64,000 nucleotides of DNA from Anaerolineae bacterium (lineage in GTDB: Bacteria; Desulfobacterota; Desulfobacteria; Desulfobacterales; ETH-SRB1), in contig DATKWZ010000013.1 in NCBI GenBank assembly GCA_035529315.1, forward strand, positions 17,807 through 81,806. The letters run 5' to 3'. Every line of letters begins with the position of its first letter. Position 1 is the stretch's first letter. The position numbers were made by a program, and so were the translations under genes. Below are positions 62,222-64,000 of this stretch, one piece after another. The notes below the pieces were generated by a model that made no database searches, was not told the DNA's origin, and was given only the letters and a program-made list of their open reading frames with translations.

Positions 62222-63622
62222 TTACCCAAACAACGCCAAGACCTGCTGCGGCGCCATATTTGCCTGGGCAAGCATGGCAGTACCAGCCTGAAGCAGGATC
62301 TGATTCTTGGTAAAGTCCGTCATCTCAGACGCCATATCCACATCACGGATGATAGATTCCGCGGCCTGCACATTCTCAATAGTTGTAGCGAGGTTCGCAG
62401 CAGCATAACCCAGCCTGTTCTGGGCAGCGCCTATATTACCTCTGACAGTTGCCAAAGCCGATATAGCAGAGTCAATGGTGGTAAGGGCAGATTGCGCTCC
62501 TGCAGCGGTAGCTAAATCTAAAGCGCTTATGCCAAGGCCGGACGCAGTAGCATCCCCAAGGCTGATGTTTACCCTGTCATTAGCAGTGTTGCTCGATCCC
62601 ACCTGGAAGGTGGAAGAACCAGAGCTTGCGACATCAAATGCAAAGCTGTCAAATTCATTATCCGCGTACGCTGAGTCAAGAGTGAGCTTGATGCCCAACG
62701 TGTCAAAATCCAAGGTTTGTGCGCTTCCATCAACAGTGAGCACTGTCTGCACATCACTTGTGCGGGTGTTGGTGAGAGTTATACTGTTAGCAGTAGCACT
62801 GGTTGCTGTCCAGGTCCCGGTTGCGGTAGATGAAGACAGAGTCATACTTGAGTATCCCGCATCAGTGACTATAATCGTATCAGTACCAAATGCCGTGGTG
62901 GTCATAGCACTGGCCCCAGTCAGAGTGAGTCCTATAGTTGCAAACGACAAAGTTAAGCCACCGGCTGCAAGGGTTCCCTCGAAGACTTCTCCGAGAGCAC
63001 CGGTCATCTTAACAGCTGTTCCCCCGCTGGTAGCTAACGTATATGTATCCGCCGCAAGTGCAACTGGACTGTTGAAGGTGAAAGAGACAGTTGCATTATT
63101 GGTGTTAGTATCAGTATACTTGTAATTCAGGCCATTTGTAGTATCAATATCGTAGGTAGTATCAACTAAAGATGACCCCCAAGTAGGTGTAAGCGTTCCA
63201 AACGTCCCGTCGATAAGCTTTGTCCCGGCATACTCGGTTACGCCTGAGATCCGGTCGATTTCCAAAATCAGCTCTGCCTTTTCCGCGTCGATCTTGCCCA
63301 GCTCTGTGCCGGCATTAGCCGAGGCAGCCTGGGTGGCCAGCTCTTTCAATCGAGTCAGCATATTACCGATCTGGTCCATGGCGCCTTCACCAACCTGAAG
63401 CAGAGAACTTGCCTCAGAGGCATTCCTCGAAGCCACTTTAAAGCTTGCTATGTCCGCGCGAAAACTCTGCGAAATAGCCAAACCGGCGGCATCATCGGCC
63501 GCACGGTTGATCCGATAACCGGATGAGAGTCTTTCAAGAGATTTTTTCATCCCAGCATCTGAAACACTCAACCAACGCTGGGTATTTAACGCTGCAATAT
63601 TATTTACAATTCTTAATGCCAT
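62222..63622 (-). CDS. fliC: Flagellin
   Basis: 466 aa. MALRIVNNIAALNTQRWL..LERLSSGYRINRAADDAAGLAISQ. C-terminal EMTDFTKNQILLQAGTAMLAQANMAPQQVLALF. T/S/A-rich variable centre. Confidence 0.95.
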   Translation of the reverse strand: MALRIVNNIAALNTQRWLSVSDAGMKKSLERLSSGYRINRAADDAAGLAISQSFRADIASFKVASRNASEASSLLQVGEGAMDQIGNMLTRLKELATQAASANAGTELGKIDAEKAELILEIDRISGVTEYAGTKLIDGTFGTLTPTWGSSLVDTTYDIDTTNGLNYKYTDTNTNNATVSFTFNSPVALAADTYTLATSGGTAVKMTGALGEVFEGTLAAGGLTLSFATIGLTLTGASAMTTTAFGTDTIIVTDAGYSSMTLSSSTATGTWTATSATANSITLTNTRTSDVQTVLTVDGSAQTLDFDTLGIKLTLDSAYADNEFDSFAFDVASSGSSTFQVGSSNTANDRVNISLGDATASGLGISALDLATAAGAQSALTTIDSAISALATVRGNIGAAQNRLGYAAANLATTIENVQAAESIIRDVDMASEMTDFTKNQILLQAGTAMLAQANMAPQQVLALFG

Positions 63623-63714
63623 GGTTTTATCCTCCTTGATTTTTGGTTTTGTTTAGCCGTCAGCTTTCAGCTTCTCTTGCTTTCAGCTTTGAGCTTTCAG
63701 CCTTTAGCCCCTCC

Positions 63715-63726
63715 GGCATCCTTGCC
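63715..63726 (-). promoter_or_regulatory. Candidate CsrA-binding hairpin in the fliC leader (GGA in the loop)
   Basis: The minus strand reads GGCA-AGGA-UGCC, a 4-bp stem presenting AGGA. CAAGGAUG matches the core of the CsrA SELEX consensus. A second GGA site overlaps the SD (CAAGGAGGAUAAAACC-AUG, 63623-63640). Confidence 0.55.
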
Positions 63727-63859
63727 AAAGAGTTTTTACTCTTTACCCCGTTAAATCTGTAAGCTATTTAACCGGGGCTTAATCCTTACTCCTTAAATCC
63801 TTAATGCCCACCTCCTTTCACCGTATTTATGGACTAATCTTTTTATCCATTTGATATGT

Positions 63860-63887
63860 TTATCGGAAGGTAGAGGGAATTGCTTTA
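63860..63887 (-). promoter_or_regulatory. Sigma-28-type promoter for fliC
   Basis: The minus strand reads TAAA-N16-TCCGATAA, ~240 nt upstream of the fliC ATG. Confidence 0.75.
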
Positions 63888-63896
63888 GGATTTTTT

Positions 63897-64000
63897 TCAG
63901 GCTTCAAGCTCTTTAATATGCCCCTGCATGAGACTTAAGATCTCAGGGTCTTTTGGATCTATGGATAGAACAGTTTCAAGTATACTTGCGCCACGAACCG
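63897..64000 (-). CDS. 3' end of an unidentified gene (C-terminal 34 codons only)
   Basis: The minus-strand frame is open from the window edge to TGA at 63899-63897: ...VRGASILETVLSIDPKDPEILSLMQGHIKELEA*. Too short to assign, but possibly a TPR-like helix pair. Confidence 0.4.
   Translation of the reverse strand, partial: VRGASILETVLSIDPKDPEILSLMQGHIKELEA

Noticed and set aside
1-64000. Search for tRNA, rRNA, tmRNA, riboswitch-like or transposase/integrase genes
   Set aside because: I could not recognise any by eye. The long non-coding stretches are all accounted for by word arrays and hairpin repeats. A covariance-model scan (Infernal/Rfam, tRNAscan-SE) would be needed to exclude small structured RNAs.

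Overview
This 64-kb window is almost entirely one flagellar and chemotaxis supercluster. About 60 of roughly 66 protein-coding genes encode flagellar structure, type III export, motor, regulation or chemotaxis functions. All but four genes are on the minus strand.

Gene order along the minus strand, from high to low coordinates:
- fliC
- [plus-strand AAA/DUF4143 ATPase cassette]
- fliD, a fliS relic, a FlgN/FliT-like gene
- [plus-strand nucleotidyl-cyclase fusion protein]
- fliS-flaG
- [plus-strand small ORF and PilZ protein]
- SPOR/TPR protein, FlrB-like kinase, FlrC-like activator
- flgBC-fliEFGHIJ and a motE/ylxF-like gene
- fliK-flgD, a four-helix-bundle gene, flgE
- motA, an Asp-less motB-like gene, motB, fliLMNOPQR, flhBAFG, fliA, a fliL paralogue, an HK-like gene
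- an accessory operon: 100-aa protein, TM/HTH protein, FliK-C-like protein, FlhB-C-like protein
- flgFGAHI and flgJ (rod-binding domain only)
- flgMN-flgKL-csrA-fliW
- an NtrC-type activator
- REC-DHp protein and cheR
- HTH protein, tetrahaem cytochrome c, haem-motif MCP (truncated at the window edge)

By eye I could read five good and two weaker sigma-54 (-24/-12) promoters and seven sigma-28 (TAAA-N15/16-GCCGATAA-like) promoters. Together they suggest a tiered cascade: NtrC-type activator, then FlrBC-like, then FliA.

I saw no rRNA, tRNA, convincing CRISPR array, transposase or integrase.

Features not explained by a standard flagellar annotation:
1. A sigma-28-driven accessory operon pairs a FliK-C-like protein with a free-standing FlhB C-subdomain mimic.
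2. An 887-aa class III cyclase is fused to a CCHC zinc knuckle, helical repeats and two TM helices. It sits antisense in the filament locus, next to a collapsed fliS duplicate.
3. An ATPase cassette is bracketed by duplicated copies of the fliC terminator.
4. A SPOR+TPR envelope protein is co-transcribed with the flagellar two-component system.
5. Tandem MotB paralogues are present, and one lacks the channel Asp.
6. An Avd-like four-helix-bundle gene lies inside the hook operon.
7. Degenerate 7-9-nt tandem repeat words and MITE-like hairpin elements fill almost every intergenic gap and sometimes enter coding sequence.

The gene content and order (multihaem cytochromes, csrA-fliW, flhFG, sigma-54 control) suggest an anaerobic Desulfobacterota-like organism. 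That is inference only.

All coordinates of short motifs were counted by hand and may be off by 1-2 nt.
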